From NCBI GenBank assembly GCA_004431415.1, contig QPMI01000402.1, positions 62,001 to 126,000 on the forward strand: a DNA stretch of 64,000 nucleotides, written 5' to 3'. The position numbers and the translations under genes were made by a program. The notes beneath the pieces were generated by a model. It had not been told where the DNA came from. It did not search any database and saw only the letters and a list, made by a program, of their open reading frames with translations. Of the stretch, positions 47,001 through 60,022 are shown in pieces (position 1 is the stretch's first letter; every line of letters begins with the position of its first letter). This stretch comes from Cyanophora paradoxa CCMP329 (taxonomy: Eukaryota; Plantae; Glaucophyta).

Positions 47001-47440
47001 AAATCCAGCACCGACGCCTTCCCCTCGCTCCGCATCGCCAACGTGCGCAAGTGCCGCCTTAAGCTTGTCATCGCCCCTGGCCGGTTCTGGTCTGAGCAGG
47101 CGGCGTGCGCCTTGACGGCGGCAGGCCCTCTCGTGGAGCGCGGAGGTCGGCGCTGGCGCCGGCTCCAGCTCCAGCGGTGACTCGACCGCGGCCGCCGGCC
47201 CTGGCGATCGCGACTGGGCGCCGGCCGACGCAGACACGAACCCCTTCGCTCGCAGAATCAAGCTGCTTCAGAACTTCGTGCGCTCCGCATTGCACGCTTT
47301 AAGTTTCCGATTTTCCGGGCTCATGGCGACGCTCGTATGTGTAGGTGCTTCGCCCGCTCATGATAAGCCTGGGATTCGGCGGCCTTGTCGCGGTCCTCAT
47401 CGTCATCATCGTCGGAGTCTGCCGCGTCGAGCTGGAGTAG
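44006..47440 (+). pseudogene. Duplicated 3' part of the surface-protein gene (copy of about 32785-36219), 5' truncated mid-exon
   Basis: Near-identical sequence including introns, the TM exon and the 3' flank, but without the LTR insertion. Confidence 0.9.
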
Positions 47441-48904
47441 CCCCCCGACACTCCATCCCCCCTCCCGCCATATGTATGGAGCCCCCATCCCCATGCCATG
47501 CATATGGCCACCCACCCACCCACCCGCCCCAGGCCGCGCGCACTGCTCTCCCCGCAGGCCGCGCGCACTGCTCTCATCGCCCCCCCGGCCCCTCCCCCCC
47601 CCCCCCTCCCCCTCCCCGTCCTTCCTCGGCATAGATCTAGAGCTAGTTCTTTCGATATATATATATGACACGTCGCTTACACGATCAAGATCAATCTTGA
47701 TCACGAGATCTAGATGATCCTGTACATTTATCAGATTACGTAATTATATGCAGATGCATCTTATAATATTAATGTACCTTTGCTATAGCTATATATATTT
47801 CAATCGCTGTTTTCTAATGGACTCTGGCATTAATATTGTTCGTATATACTGTAGCTTTGCTATTGCAATCGGCCGGCCCGCCGGCCGGGCCTGCACGTCT
47901 AGATCTGAGGCGGACTCCCACCGGCGCTCGAGCCCCAGGCTTTAGCTTAGGGCTGCGAAAGGGCCGGCGCAGGCCCCCGCCGCCGGAGAGGGTGAGGGTG
48001 AAGGCGAGGGCGCCGGCGACGGGCCGGGCAAGGCGCGGGGCGATGCCGCGCCGCCCGTTCGACGAGCCGGCGCCGCTCGCGGGCGATTAATATTATAATT
48101 ACCGCTCGCGATCGCTCCCGGCCGGAAGATCGCGAGGCGATCGCCGACGCGCTTTAATTTCTTCCTCGATTTAATAATATAGATGCATATGAGACTAGAT
48201 CTCGTACCGGAATTACGTATACGACGACTCGATCGAGGCGGCCTCGCCGCCTCGCCTCGAGCTCAGGAGTCAGGTCTCGAGATCGGAGGCTGGCGCTGAT
48301 GATGATTTATGAGATGCCTTGCATATATATGATGCTGTTCGAGATCATGAATCCGGGATTCATGATCTGACCATGCATATGCATTCAATGATTCGCGGTG
48401 AATATTAATGGTAGTATTTATGGGCCAAATTAAAAGTCCGATGCTCACACGTGCACGTTTATTAAATTAATCCAATTAATTTTGGTCACACGATGTTCGC
48501 GGGCGGTCCGATGCATATGGTCACACGTGACTCAGTGATGGTCATTCGAATTCGAGTATGGCACGTCCGATGGTCACACGTGCACGTTTTATCCAATTTA
48601 ATTTGAGCCCAGCGCGAGCTCAGCGTGCGTCATGAATCATGATCAGTCAAGTTTGAGCTCAGCGTGCCGCGTGCGTCAGTCGAGTCATGACCGTCGGACT
48701 CATGCCATTATCATGAGACTCATGATCATGACTCATGACTCATGAGTCATAAGTCATGACTCATCATGATCACAGCCCATGGCCACGGCCCACGGCCCAC
48801 GGGGGGCGGCCGCGGCGGCGCCGGCGGGGGCCTCGAGCTCATTTTAATTTCTGCCTAAATATTACAACTTATTACTTAGAATAAATTCCTAATTATCACA
48901 GTAA

Positions 48905-51900
48905 GGACCGTCTCATTTACTTATGTTTTGGCACTGCAGTTACGGTAGCTAATTTAACAATGAATTCTTGAGCCTGGCCGAGAGTCGAAAGTCCTATAAC
49001 TTGACCTAAAAAAGCCGCCGGCTCATAAACCTGACGGGCTTCAAGTGAGCCGGCTAAAATTTTCAATGCGAAAATCAAAAACCATTGTTATCAATTGGAC
49101 GTTAACCGACGGGTGGGGGGGTGCCTGTAACTCGGCGGCCGGTTCGGTAACTTAGCTAACGTCCGGGGTACAGGACCAGCAGAACGGCTCCACCTCCGCG
49201 GGTGCAACGCGGCAGCTCTCCCGCTCTGCCGCACACGCAGTAGCACGAGCGCAACACGTAGATCGCCCGGGCGCTGCCCTGCCTGTCCGCCCAGCCCGCC
49301 GCCGGCCCGCGTAGCTAACTCCGGGATTCGGCTTCTCCCGGAGCCACCAGTGCACCCAGCGATCTTTGAGCGGTCAAGAATGTCAGCAGTGGGCGTGAAC
49401 CCTCGCGATCCGCCCCGGCCGGCGAGCAGCCCCGTGTCTCCCGTCAGCCGCCGAGCCGCTCGCCTCGCGCGGCTCTCCGGGCACTTCGGAACGCTTCAGC
49501 TCCGTCTTTAGCTGAGGGCGAAGCACATCCCGTGCCCCCGCTAGCCCGAATCAGCGTCCAAGCCGTGCCCGAAGGGTCAGATCCGCGCAGCCGACTCCGT
49601 GCGCTTCGCCGACCGCAACCGTGCCTTTCCGCCGCTAATCACTACGCAGAACCGTTCTGTACGCTCGCGTGCCCCCCGGCGGCACCAGAAAGGCCGGGCC
49701 CGCCCGCCTTCAGGTGAATCCGTTGACGCCGCTGGCGGCCGCTGGCGGCCGCAGCGCTCGCCGGGCTTCCGCGACCGTCTCTCGTCGTCTCTAAACGTTA
49801 CGCAGCATCGCTTCCTGCGTCCCGGCGCTCCGTTGACGTTGCCGCTCCGGACAGCCTCGGTAAGCCCGGAATAGCTTCAGCCGCCACCGCGCCTGCGCTG
49901 CTGGCTGACTCGGGGCTCCGCGGGGCAATCAGCGCGGTGTACGGAATCTCTTTCTGCATCCGAGAAGTGCGGTCTGCTCCCCGCTGCCGCTCTTGCGGCC
50001 GGCTGAATCGCTCCCGCACAGGTTGCTCACGCGTACGGCTCGCTCGGCGGCTCGGCCCTGGTGCATGCGCAGGCTGCAGGTACGCGCAAGCGAACGGGTC
50101 GCTCTGCGGGCGAGAACTCACACGCTCTCGCTCGGCAGATCGCGCTCTGCGTGCGCTCGGCGGGCGCTGGCGGCGGGCGCTGCGGGGCGGGCGCTACGGG
50201 GCGGGCGCTGGCGGCGGGCGCTCGAGCACACCCAACCTGCCCCACCCTTCGCGCCCACGAGCGCGCTTCCAGCCCGCGAGCGCGCTTCCCCAACCCTTCC
50301 GAGGCAGCGCGGCGCAGCTGAGCTCTAATAGAACTGGTACATTGAAAGTTTCTCTATGAAAGCGAAAGTGGGAGCGGGGAGGGAAGAGCGGAGGAAGCCT
50401 AGCTATGCGGCCTGCCCGCTGTGCGATCCAGCGGCAGCTGGAGCGCCTTCCTGTCCCTGCACGCCCTCCCTGCGGCGCGCTTAGAGACCCGTACGCCGCG
50501 GACGCGCGCCGCAAGCCCGCGCACCAGCCCGAGGTGTCGATCTCCTTGTCCTCGCAGCGGGGGAAAGCGGCGCTCGGCAGGCGCTCCGCGAGGCACACGC
50601 AGGCCAGGATCTGCGGGCGCACAGGCGTCAGATGCGGGCGCAGCGGGGCGGTTGGCGTGCGCGCACCGAAACGATGCCGCGCTGCAGCGGCGCGGGCTGC
50701 GCGCAGTCAGCTGCGCGAGGTTCTGCTCGAGCCCGGCCGAGTTGATGAGAATCGCCCGCACGTCCGCAGGGGACGCGTCGGCCCGAGCAGGCACCTCCGC
50801 ACGGCCTCCTGCGCGTGCGGAAATAGCAGGAAACGACGCGTACGCATCGCGCGGTCGCACCTGGGCGGCCCACTCGAGGCGGCCGCCGAGCTCGGACGTG
50901 GCGAACGGTCCCGTGAGTCCGCACACCTGCGAGCGGCCCGGCGGGTTAGAGAAGATCTTCTAGAGCGCCTCGCAGAGCTGCGGAGAGGCGGCTGCGAGCG
51001 GCGGCCGCGAACCTTCGCGTCCTCCACGGTGACCCGCAGCAGCTCCACGACGAGGCAGAACTCGGGCGCCTGCCCGCCGGGAATCTGCACGCGCGCTCTC
51101 CGGGGATGCGCGTGCTGCTGCGCTTCGCCCGAAAGCCCTTCCACGCCTCCACGAGGTCGGCGGTCGTCCAGCCGTTGAAGCTCACGTTCAGGAGAAGCCG
51201 GCCGCAGCGCACTGGTTTCTGCGAAGGAAGTAAACGCTCAGCAACGCGAAACGAACTGGCGGCGCGAAGGGGGCGAGGAGATGAAAGAGCCGTTGACGAA
51301 CCGCGGACAGCACGAACCGCAGCTCGTCCTCCCCGTGAGCGAGGACGCTGCTCTCGTACTTCTTCTCGTAGATCTCGCCCCGGAAAAGAGCTGTCGCGCG
51401 ACCGCGTGCGTCAGAGAGCGGAAACCGCGAGGAACGCTGCGGAACCGTGACCAAGGAGACCGAAAGGAAGCGCACCTCGCAGCTTCTTCAAGATGATGCG
51501 GAAGAGGTTCGCGTACGGCAGAGGCGGGCGCCCGCCGCGGCTCTGATCGTGCAGCTTCTGCGTCTCTGAGGGCACGTACACGAGGGCCACGTTCCGCGAC
51601 ACCTGCCGGGAGAGCTGCCGCCGGCGGCAAACCGTCTTCTTGGGGAGCCACCAGTTCATCTGAGAGCGCACAGCGAACGGGCGATGCGCGGGGCGCCCGA
51701 GGAAGCGGACGCGTACGCGCGGACCCGGAGCTTCAGATCGCTCCTGAGGATGCGGAGGAGCAGGCGGCCGTAGTTGCTCGCCTTGATGCCTCCGCGGTGC
51801 TTTCCGCTCGAGGAAGTGATCAGGCTCGCTCCTAGACTGGCGAAAAGACCTGTGACCTCGGGGGCGAAGTCAGCTGCGGCCGAACGGGGCGCCGCGCAGA

Positions 51901-52455
51901 CGCCTGGAACGCACCGGAATCCTGCAGGCGGATGAGGAAGCGTACTAGCTTGGCTGGGCCGCCCGCAGGGGTCGCGGACGGCCCTTTCTGCGAGGCTGGC
52001 TGAGCGCTGAACCGGGTGTGCTCAGATCGCAGACGCGGCCCGTTCGCGTCCACAATCGCTCGCAAACGCAAGGCGGAGCGCGCCACGTCCATCGGCATCG
52101 TCCCGATGCCAGCGAGGAGGGGGGATAAGTCTGAGGGGGTAGGGATGCCGCATGACGGAAACCGGCCGGACATCTCAGCGGCACAGCGCTTGCACGTCAT
52201 ACTCGGCAGAAGTGATCGACGTCGCATTTGAGCGCTATCGAATTAATGGCAGAGGTGGCCGAGACATTGTGGCCTCCCGCGCGCGCAATAACTTATACGC
52301 GCGTACCCCCCCGAGCGCGTTACCGCAGGCCAATGAAAACACGCGCGTTTTCGCAGCGTCATGGCGGGTATTGTTAGCGTTAACAATACGAAGCTAACTC
52401 GGCGTCACCTCGGTTATCTCTCGCCTAAGTCCAAGGTAGGTAAATGAGACGGTCC
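48905..52455. mobile_element. PIF/Harbinger-type TIR DNA transposon (16-bp TIR, TAA TSD); no recognisable transposase
   Basis: TAA|GGACCGTCTCATTTAC ... GTAAATGAGACGGTCC|TAA; empty site with a single TAA at 43660-43662. Confidence 0.88.
50400..52227 (-). CDS. Spliced gene of unknown function carried inside the TIR element (3' end uncertain)
   Basis: Protein-like segments (MTCKRCAAEMSGRF..., GLFASLGASLITSS...LLLRILRSDLKL, MNWWLPKKTVC...LFRIILKKL, LFRGEIYEKKYESSVL, LLLNVSFNGWTTADLVEAWKGF, EFCLVVELLRV, ILACVCLAERL) separated by GT..CAG intron-like gaps. Confidence 0.45.
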
Positions 52456-52569
52456 TAAGTTCGGTAACTTCTTTTTTTTACCGCGGAAAAGAGGCATTCA
52501 ACGGTTGCTAGTCAGTGTAGTAGTCACACTGAGTTCACTGATCATGAGTCACGGCATTCATGATTGATT

Positions 52570-53154
52570 CAAACGCTGCTGGTGACTTCAATAGCGCCTG
52601 GCAGCTCGCACGTGAGCGCTTTCAACTTGACGGACATGCCGGACACGTCCTCGTTCCCCGTTACTTGCATGGCGCGTCTCCCTTATTTCCTGGAGAACGA
52701 ACGCGAGTTCGAGGCACGCGGACGAGCTTATTTTTCATGTGCGCGCCTGTTCTGTTTATTTTTCGCAGTCTAGATCTATAGCTTCACAGTGCAGCTTTCT
52801 CACGTCTCTGATCTTCTTCGCCGCCAGTGCCGGACAAGGTTGTGGTGAACAACTCCCTCTCCATGGCGGCTGCGCCCTCGTCGATCTCGTCCATCCTCGT
52901 CTCCGGCCTGGCGTGGACCCTCACGCCCGGCCTCTTCAGCACGCCCTCCTACCCGAACCTCACCGTCGCCTGCACGTGGAACGGCGAGACGCGGACGGCC
53001 GTGCTACAGGGCATCCCCGACGTGGCCACGTCAGCGCAAGCGATCAACGTCACGGGCTTCACGCCGAGCACGTCGTCGCACCCCGTGAGCTGCAGCGCGA
53101 CTCTGTACTACTCGACGGGCGGGCCCGCCACGGGTGCCGCGTCAACCATGTCGA
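52570..53154 (+). pseudogene. Fragment of the surface-protein gene (copy 3)
   Basis: Matches about 33620-34204. Confidence 0.9.
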
Positions 53155-53743
53155 GATCGAGATCATGAATCCGGGATTCGAGATCATGAATCCGGGATTC
53201 ATGATCTGACCATGCATATGCATTCAATGATTCGCGGTGAATATTAATGGTAGTATTTATGGGCCAAATTAAAAGTCCGATGCTCACACGTGCACGTTTA
53301 TTAAATTAATCCAATTAATTTTGGTCACACGATGTTCGCGGGCGGTCCGATGCATATGGTCACACGTGACTCAGTGATGGTCATTCGAATTCGAGTATGG
53401 CACGTCCGATGGTCACACGTGCACGTTTTATCCAATTTAATTTGAGCCCAGCGCGAGCTCAGCGTGCGTCATGAATCATGATCAGTCAAGTTTGAGCTCA
53501 GCGTGCCGCGTGCGTCAGTCGAGTCATGACCGTCGGACTCATGCCATTATCATGAGACTCATGATCATGACTCATGACTCATGAGTCATAAGTCATGACT
53601 CATCATGATCACAGCCCATGGCCACGGCCCACGGCCCACGGGGGGCGGCCGCGGCGGCGCCGGCGGGGGCCTCGAGCTCATTTTAATTTCTGCCTAAATA
53701 TTACAACTTATTACTTAGAATAAATTCCTAATTATCACAGTAA

Positions 53744-56700
53744 GGACCGTCTCATTTACTTATGTTTTGGCACTGCAGTTACGGTAGCTAATTTAACAAT
53801 GAATTCTTGAGCCTGGCCGAGAGTCGAAAGTCCTATAACTTGACCTAAAAAAGCCGCCGGCTCATAAACCTGACGGGCTTCAAGTGAGCCGGCTAAAATT
53901 TTCAATGCGAAAATCAAAAACCATTGTTATCAATTGGACGTTAACCGACGGGTGGGGGGGTGCCTGTAACTCGGCGGCCGGTTCGGTAACTTAGCTAACG
54001 TCCGGGGTACAGGACCAGCAGAACGGCTCCACCTCCGCGGGTGCAACGCGGCAGCTCTCCCGCTCTGCCGCACACGCAGTAGCACGAGCGCAACACGTAG
54101 ATCGCCCGGGCGCTGCCCTGCCTGTCCGCCCAGCCCGCCGCCGGCCCGCGTAGCTAACTCCGGGATTCGGCTTCTCCCGGAGCCACCAGTGCACCCAGCG
54201 ATCTTTGAGCGGTCAAGAATGTCAGCAGTGGGCGTGAACCCTCGCGATCCGCCCCGGCCGGCGAGCAGCCCCGTGTCTCCCGTCAGCCGCCGAGCCGCTC
54301 GCCTCGCGCGGCTCTCCGGGCACTTCGGAACGCTTCAGCTCCGTCTTTAGCTGAGGGCGAAGCACATCCCGTGCCCCCGCTAGCCCGAATCAGCGTCCAA
54401 GCCGTGCCCGAAGGGTCAGATCCGCGCAGCCGACTCCGTGCGCTTCGCCGACCGCAACCGTGCCTTTCCGCCGCTAATCACTACGCAGAACCGTTCTGTA
54501 CGCTCGCGTGCCCCCCGGCGGCACCAGAAAGGCCGGGCCCGCCCGCCTTCAGGTGAATCCGTTGACGCCGCTGGCGGCCGCTGGCGGCCGCAGCGCTCGC
54601 CGGGCTTCCGCGACCGTCTCTCGTCGTCTCTAAACGTTACGCAGCATCGCTTCCTGCGTCCCGGCGCTCCGTTGACGTTGCCGCTCCGGACAGCCTCGGT
54701 AAGCCCGGAATAGCTTCAGCCGCCACCGCGCCTGCGCTGCTGGCTGACTCGGGGGCTCCGCGGGGCAATCAGCGCGGTGTACGGAATCTCTTTCTGCATC
54801 CGAGAAGTGCGGTCTGCTCCCCGCTGCCGCTCTTGCGGCCGGCTGAATCGCTCCCGCACAGGTTGCTCACGCGTACGGCTCGCTCGGCGGCTCGGCCCTG
54901 GTGCATGCGCAGGCTGCAGGTACGCGCAAGCGAACGGGTCGCTCTGCGGGCGAGAACTCACACGCTCTCGCTCGGCAGATCGCGCTCTGCGTGCGCTCGG
55001 CGGGCGCTGGCGGCGGGCGCTGCGGGGCGGGCGCTACGGGGCGGGCGCTGGCGGCGGGCGCTCGAGCACACCCAACCTGCCCCACCCTTCGCGCCCACGA
55101 GCGCGCTTCCAGCCCGCGAGCGCGCTTCCCCAACCCTTCCCGAGGCAGCGCGGCGCAGCTGAGCTCTAATAGAACTGGTACATTGAAAGTTTCTCTATGA
55201 AAGCGAAAGTGGGGAGCGGGGAGGGAAGAGCGGAGGGAAGCCTAGCTATGCGGCCTGCCCGCTGTGCGATCCAGCGGCAGCTGGAGCGCCTTCCTGTCCC
55301 CTGCACGCCCTCCCTGCGGCGCGCTTAGAGACCCGTACGCCGCGGACGCGCGCCGCAAGCCCGCGCACCAGCCCGAGGTGTCGATCTCCTTGTCCTCGCA
55401 GCGGGGGAAAGCGGCGCTCGGCAGGCGCTCCGCGAGGCACACGCAGGCCAGGATCTGCGGGCGCACAGGCGTCAGATGCGGGCGCAGCGGGGCGGTTGGC
55501 GTGCGCGCACCGAAACGATGCCGCGCTGCAGCGGCGGCGGGCTGCGCGCAGTCAGCTGCGCGAGGTTCTGCTCGAGCCCGGCCGAGTTGATGAGAATCGC
55601 CCGCACGTCCGCAGGGGACGCGTCGGCCCCGAGCAGGCACCTCCGCACGGCCTCCTGCGCGTGCGGAAATAGCAGGAAACGACGCGTACGCATCGCGCGG
55701 TCGCACCTGGGCGGCCCACTCGAGGCGGCCGCCGAGCTCGGACGTGGCGAACGGTCCCGTGAGTCCGCACACCTGCGAGCGGCCCGGCGGGTTAGAGAAG
55801 ATCTTCTAGAGCGCCTCGCAGAGCTGCGGAGAGGCGGCTGCGAGCGGCGGCCGCGAACCTTCGCGTCCTCCACGGTGACCCGCAGCAGCTCCACGACGAG
55901 GCAGAACTCGGGCGCCTGCCCGCCGGGAATCTGCACGCGCGCTCTCCGGGGGATGCGCGTGCTGCTGCGCTTCGCCCGAAAGCCCTTCCACGCCTCCACG
56001 AGGTCGGCGGTCGTCCAGCCGTTGAAGCTCACGTTCAGGAGAAGCCGGCCGCAGCGCACTGGTTTCTGCGAAGGAAGTAAACGCTCAGCAACGCGAAACG
56101 AACTGGCGGCGCGAAGGGGGCGAGGAGATGAAAGAGCCGTTGACGAACCGCGGACAGCACGAACCGCAGCTCGTCCTCCCCGTGAGCGAGGACGCTGCTC
56201 TCGTACTTCTTCTCGTAGATCTCGCCCCGGAAAAGAGCTGTCGCGCGACCGCGTGCGTCAGAGAGCGGAAACCGCGAGGAACGCTGCGGAACCGTGACCA
56301 AGGAGACCGAAAGGAAGCGCACCTCGCAGCTTCTTCAAGATGATGCGGAAGAGGTTCGCGTACGGCAGAGGCGGGCGCCCGCCGCGGCTCTGATCGTGCA
56401 GCTTCTGCGTCTCTGAGGGCACGTACACGAGGGCCACGTTCCGCGACACCTGCCGGGAGAGCTGCCGCCGGCGGCAAACCGTCTTCTTGGGGAGCCACCA
56501 GTTCATCTGAGAGCGCACAGCGAACGGGCGATGCGCGGGGCGCCCGAGGAAGCGGACGCGTACGCGCGGACCCGGAGCTTCAGATCGCTCCTGAGGATGC
56601 GGAGGAGCAGGCGGCCGTAGTTGCTCGCCTTGATGCCTCCGCGGTGCTTTCCGCTCGAGGAAGTGATCAGGCTCGCTCCTAGACTGGCGAAAAGACCTGT

Positions 56701-57302
56701 GACCTCGGGGGCGAAGTCAGCTGCGGCCGAACGGGGCGCCGCGCAGACGCCTGGAACGCACCGGAATCCTGCAGGCGGATGAGGAAGCGTACTAGCTTGG
56801 CTGGGCCGCCCGCAGGGGTCGCGGACGGCCCTTTCTGCGAGGCTGGCTGAGCGCTGAACCGGGCGTGCTCAGATCGCAGACGCGGCCCGTTCGCGTCCAC
56901 AATCGCTCGCAAACGCAAGGCGGAGCGCGCCACGTCCATCGGCATCGTCCCGATGCCAGCGAGGAGGGGGGATAAGTCTGAGGGGGTAGGGATGCCGCAT
57001 GACGGAAACCGGCCGGACATCTCAGCGGCACAGCGCTTGCACGTCATACTCGGCAGAAGTGATCGACGTCGCATTTGAGCGCTATCGAATTAATGGCAGA
57101 GGTGGCCGAGACATTGTGGCCTCCCGCGCGCGCAATAACTTATACGCGCGTACCCCCCCGAGCGCGTTACCGCAGGCCAATGAAAACACGCGCGTTTTCG
57201 CAGCGTCATGGCGGGTATTGTTAGCGTTAACAATACGAAGCTAACTCGGCGTCACCTCGGTTATCTCTCGCCTAAGTCCAAGGTAGGTAAATGAGACGGT
57301 CC
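53744..57302. mobile_element. Second copy of the Harbinger-type TIR element, duplicated together with its flanks
   Basis: Same TIRs, TAA TSD (53741-53743, 57303-57305) and same flanking sequence as 48905-52455. Confidence 0.88.
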
Positions 57303-57416
57303 TAAGTTCGGTAACTTCTTTTTTTTACCGCGGAAAAGAGGCATTCAACGGTTGCTAGTCAGTGTAGTAGTCACACTGAGTTCACTGATCATGAGTCACG
57401 GCATTCATGATTGATT

Positions 57417-59417
57417 CAAACGCTGCTGGTGACTTCAATAGCGCCTGGCAGCTCGCACGTGAGCGCTTTCAACTTGACGGACATGCCGGACACGTCCTCG
57501 TTCCCCGTTACTTGCATGGCGCGTCTCCCTTATTTCCTGGAGAACGAACGCGAGTTCGAGGCACGCGGACGAGCTTATTTTTCATGTGCGCGCCTGTTCT
57601 GTTTATTTTTCGCAGTCTAGATCTATAGCTTCACAGTGCAGCTTTCTCACGTCTCTGATCTTCTTCGCCGCCAGTGCCGGACAAGGTTGTGGTGAACAAC
57701 TCCCTCTCCATGGCGGCTGCGCCCTCGTCGATCTCGTCCATCCTCGTCTCCGGCCTGGCGTGGACCCTCACGCCCGGCCTCTTCAGCACGCCCTCCTACC
57801 CGAACCTCACCGTCGCCTGCACGTGGAACGGCGAGACGCGGACGGCCGTGCTACAGGGCATCCCCGACGTGGCCACGTCAGCGCAAGCGATCAACGTCAC
57901 GGGCTTCACGCCGAGCACGTCGTCGCACCCCGTGAGCTGCAGCGCGACTCTGTACTACTCGACGGGCGGGCCCGCCACGGGTGCCGCGTCAACCATGTCG
58001 ACGGCCGGTGCGCGTGCCGCGGGCTGACGCGCTCGTGGAATACGCGCTGACGGCTGCGTGCAGCAATGTACTGCGTGGCGAGCAACGTCACGATGGCGTG
58101 CCCTGGCCTGACGGGCCTGGCCATCAACACGACCCTCATCCCATCGTCGACCTCGTGGCACACGACCTCGTACGAGTGCATCCCGCCGGCTTTCAAGACC
58201 GTCAGCGTGTCCTGCACGGGGCCCAGGGCGGGCTCGGCGACGTACCAGCAGAACAGCACGGCGGGCGCTGTCGCGTCGAACGAGCCGTCGGCGTTCGTGG
58301 GTGTGGCCGTGCCGCCACTGGCAGGGAGCGTGGCGTACCAGTGTCGGTCTACGCTGCACTACGTTGGCACGGAGTACAACGCAACTAAAGCGATTGTGGA
58401 GCAGCAATCGCCGACTACCTGCGTGGTTCCCGCAGGTTAGCGCTCACTTGCTTGCACTAGCGTTCAATTTCACAGAAATGCTGACGTGCGATGCCGCGCC
58501 CTTCCGCACAGCTCGCGCCCGGTTGGTGGCCGAGGACGCTCTAGCCTTCTCAATCATTCCGATCTCGACAACGGCCGTGTCCACATCTTCCATCACGTGG
58601 GCGCTCACAAAGCAGGGCGCCATCGACACGCCCGTCTATGGCAAGCTCGAGGTGACCTGCGCAGGGCTCTCCTCCAACGCGTCAGCCGCTATCCTTTCCA
58701 TTCCGGCGGCGTCCGCATCTGCTGCGCCCGTCAACGTGACCGGTCTCCCCGAGAGCTGGAAGGCCTACCGCATCTACTGCACTGCCGTCCTCGCCTACGG
58801 CGAGAACCGGACGGCCTCTGGCATCGCCTCGGCGCTGTCACTGCCCAACGCCACCTTGAAGGACGCATCCAACGGCCAGGCGCTTCCGACGTACACCGCC
58901 ACGCCCACGCCCAGCCCCAACGCGAATGCGTCGGCCCCTTCGACAGCCTCCTCCACCATCAGGATCGGCAACCAAACCTACGAGGTGTCGGCTGACGGGA
59001 GCAGCGAGAACGCAATCGTGATCAGCATGCAGGAGCCCGTCGTTCAGATTCCGCAGAACGTGCGGCGCTCCTTGCTTTGCTCTAATTTGCACATCCGAGC
59101 TTTGCCCGCAAATCAGACTGACCCCCGGCCTGGCAGGCGAGCGACGAACTCGTGAGCATCTCTTTGGAAGGACTTGTGGTGCGATATCGATGCGCTCCGC
59201 ACGTCTGTCGCTATTGCTGCGCCCAGCTCCACTGACTACAACGTATGGCACGTGACGCAGACCGCGCGGAGCGGAGAGAACGAGGAGTCCGATGCCGGCG
59301 ACGTCGAGGTCTACCTGCTGAGCGGGGAGGGCGCACTCTCGGACAGCGAGGCGATTATGCTCGACGCCAGGATGCAGAACAACGAAGTCCAATTCCGTGC
59401 GCGAATTCCCGCACGCG
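57417..59417 (+). pseudogene. Partial surface-protein gene (copy 4), cut off by the right-hand AT-rich element
   Basis: Matches about 33620-35620; identity ends at ...CCCGCACGCG|AGCTGAGC inside an intron. Confidence 0.9.
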
Positions 59418-59430
59418 AGCTGAGCTGTGA

Positions 59431-60022
59431 GCATTACACCCAAAAATTACCCCAATATAATTTGCCCCTTCAAGCAATATCCGCATGATTCCCAGTAACC
59501 CAATCCCCAATCTCAGTAAATCTCAGTAAGCCTCAGTCACAATCTATTTTATTTAATCGAAGTTATATGCATTACACCCAAAAATTACCCCAATATAATT
59601 TGCCCCTTCAAGCAATATCCGCATGATTCCCAGTAACCCAATCCCCAATCTCAGTAAATCTCAGTAAGCCTCAGTCACAATCTATTTTATTTAATCGAAG
59701 TTATATGCATTACACCCAAAAATTACCCCAATATAATTTGCCCCTTCAAGCAATATCCGCATGATTCCCAGTAACCCAATCCCCAATCTCAGTAAATCTC
59801 AGTAAGCCTCAGTCACAATCTATTTTATTTAATCGAAGTTATATGCATTACACCCAAAAATTACCCCAATATAATTTGCCCCTTCAAGCAATATCCGCAT
59901 GATTCCCAGTAACCCAATCCCCAATCTCAGTAAATCTCAGTAAGCCTCAGTCACAATCTATTTTATTTAATCGAAGTTATATCTAAAATCTAATCAATCG
60001 AAGTTATATGCATTACACCCAA
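59431..60022. repeat. Subterminal tandem array, 4 x 138 bp plus a partial unit
   Basis: GCATTACACCCAAAAATTACCCC... at 59431, 59569, 59707 and 59845; partial unit at 60010, abutting the integrase stop. Confidence 0.95.

Noticed and set aside
53744-57302. Independent second Harbinger transposition
   Set aside because: Identical flanks and insertion site show it was copied by segmental duplication.
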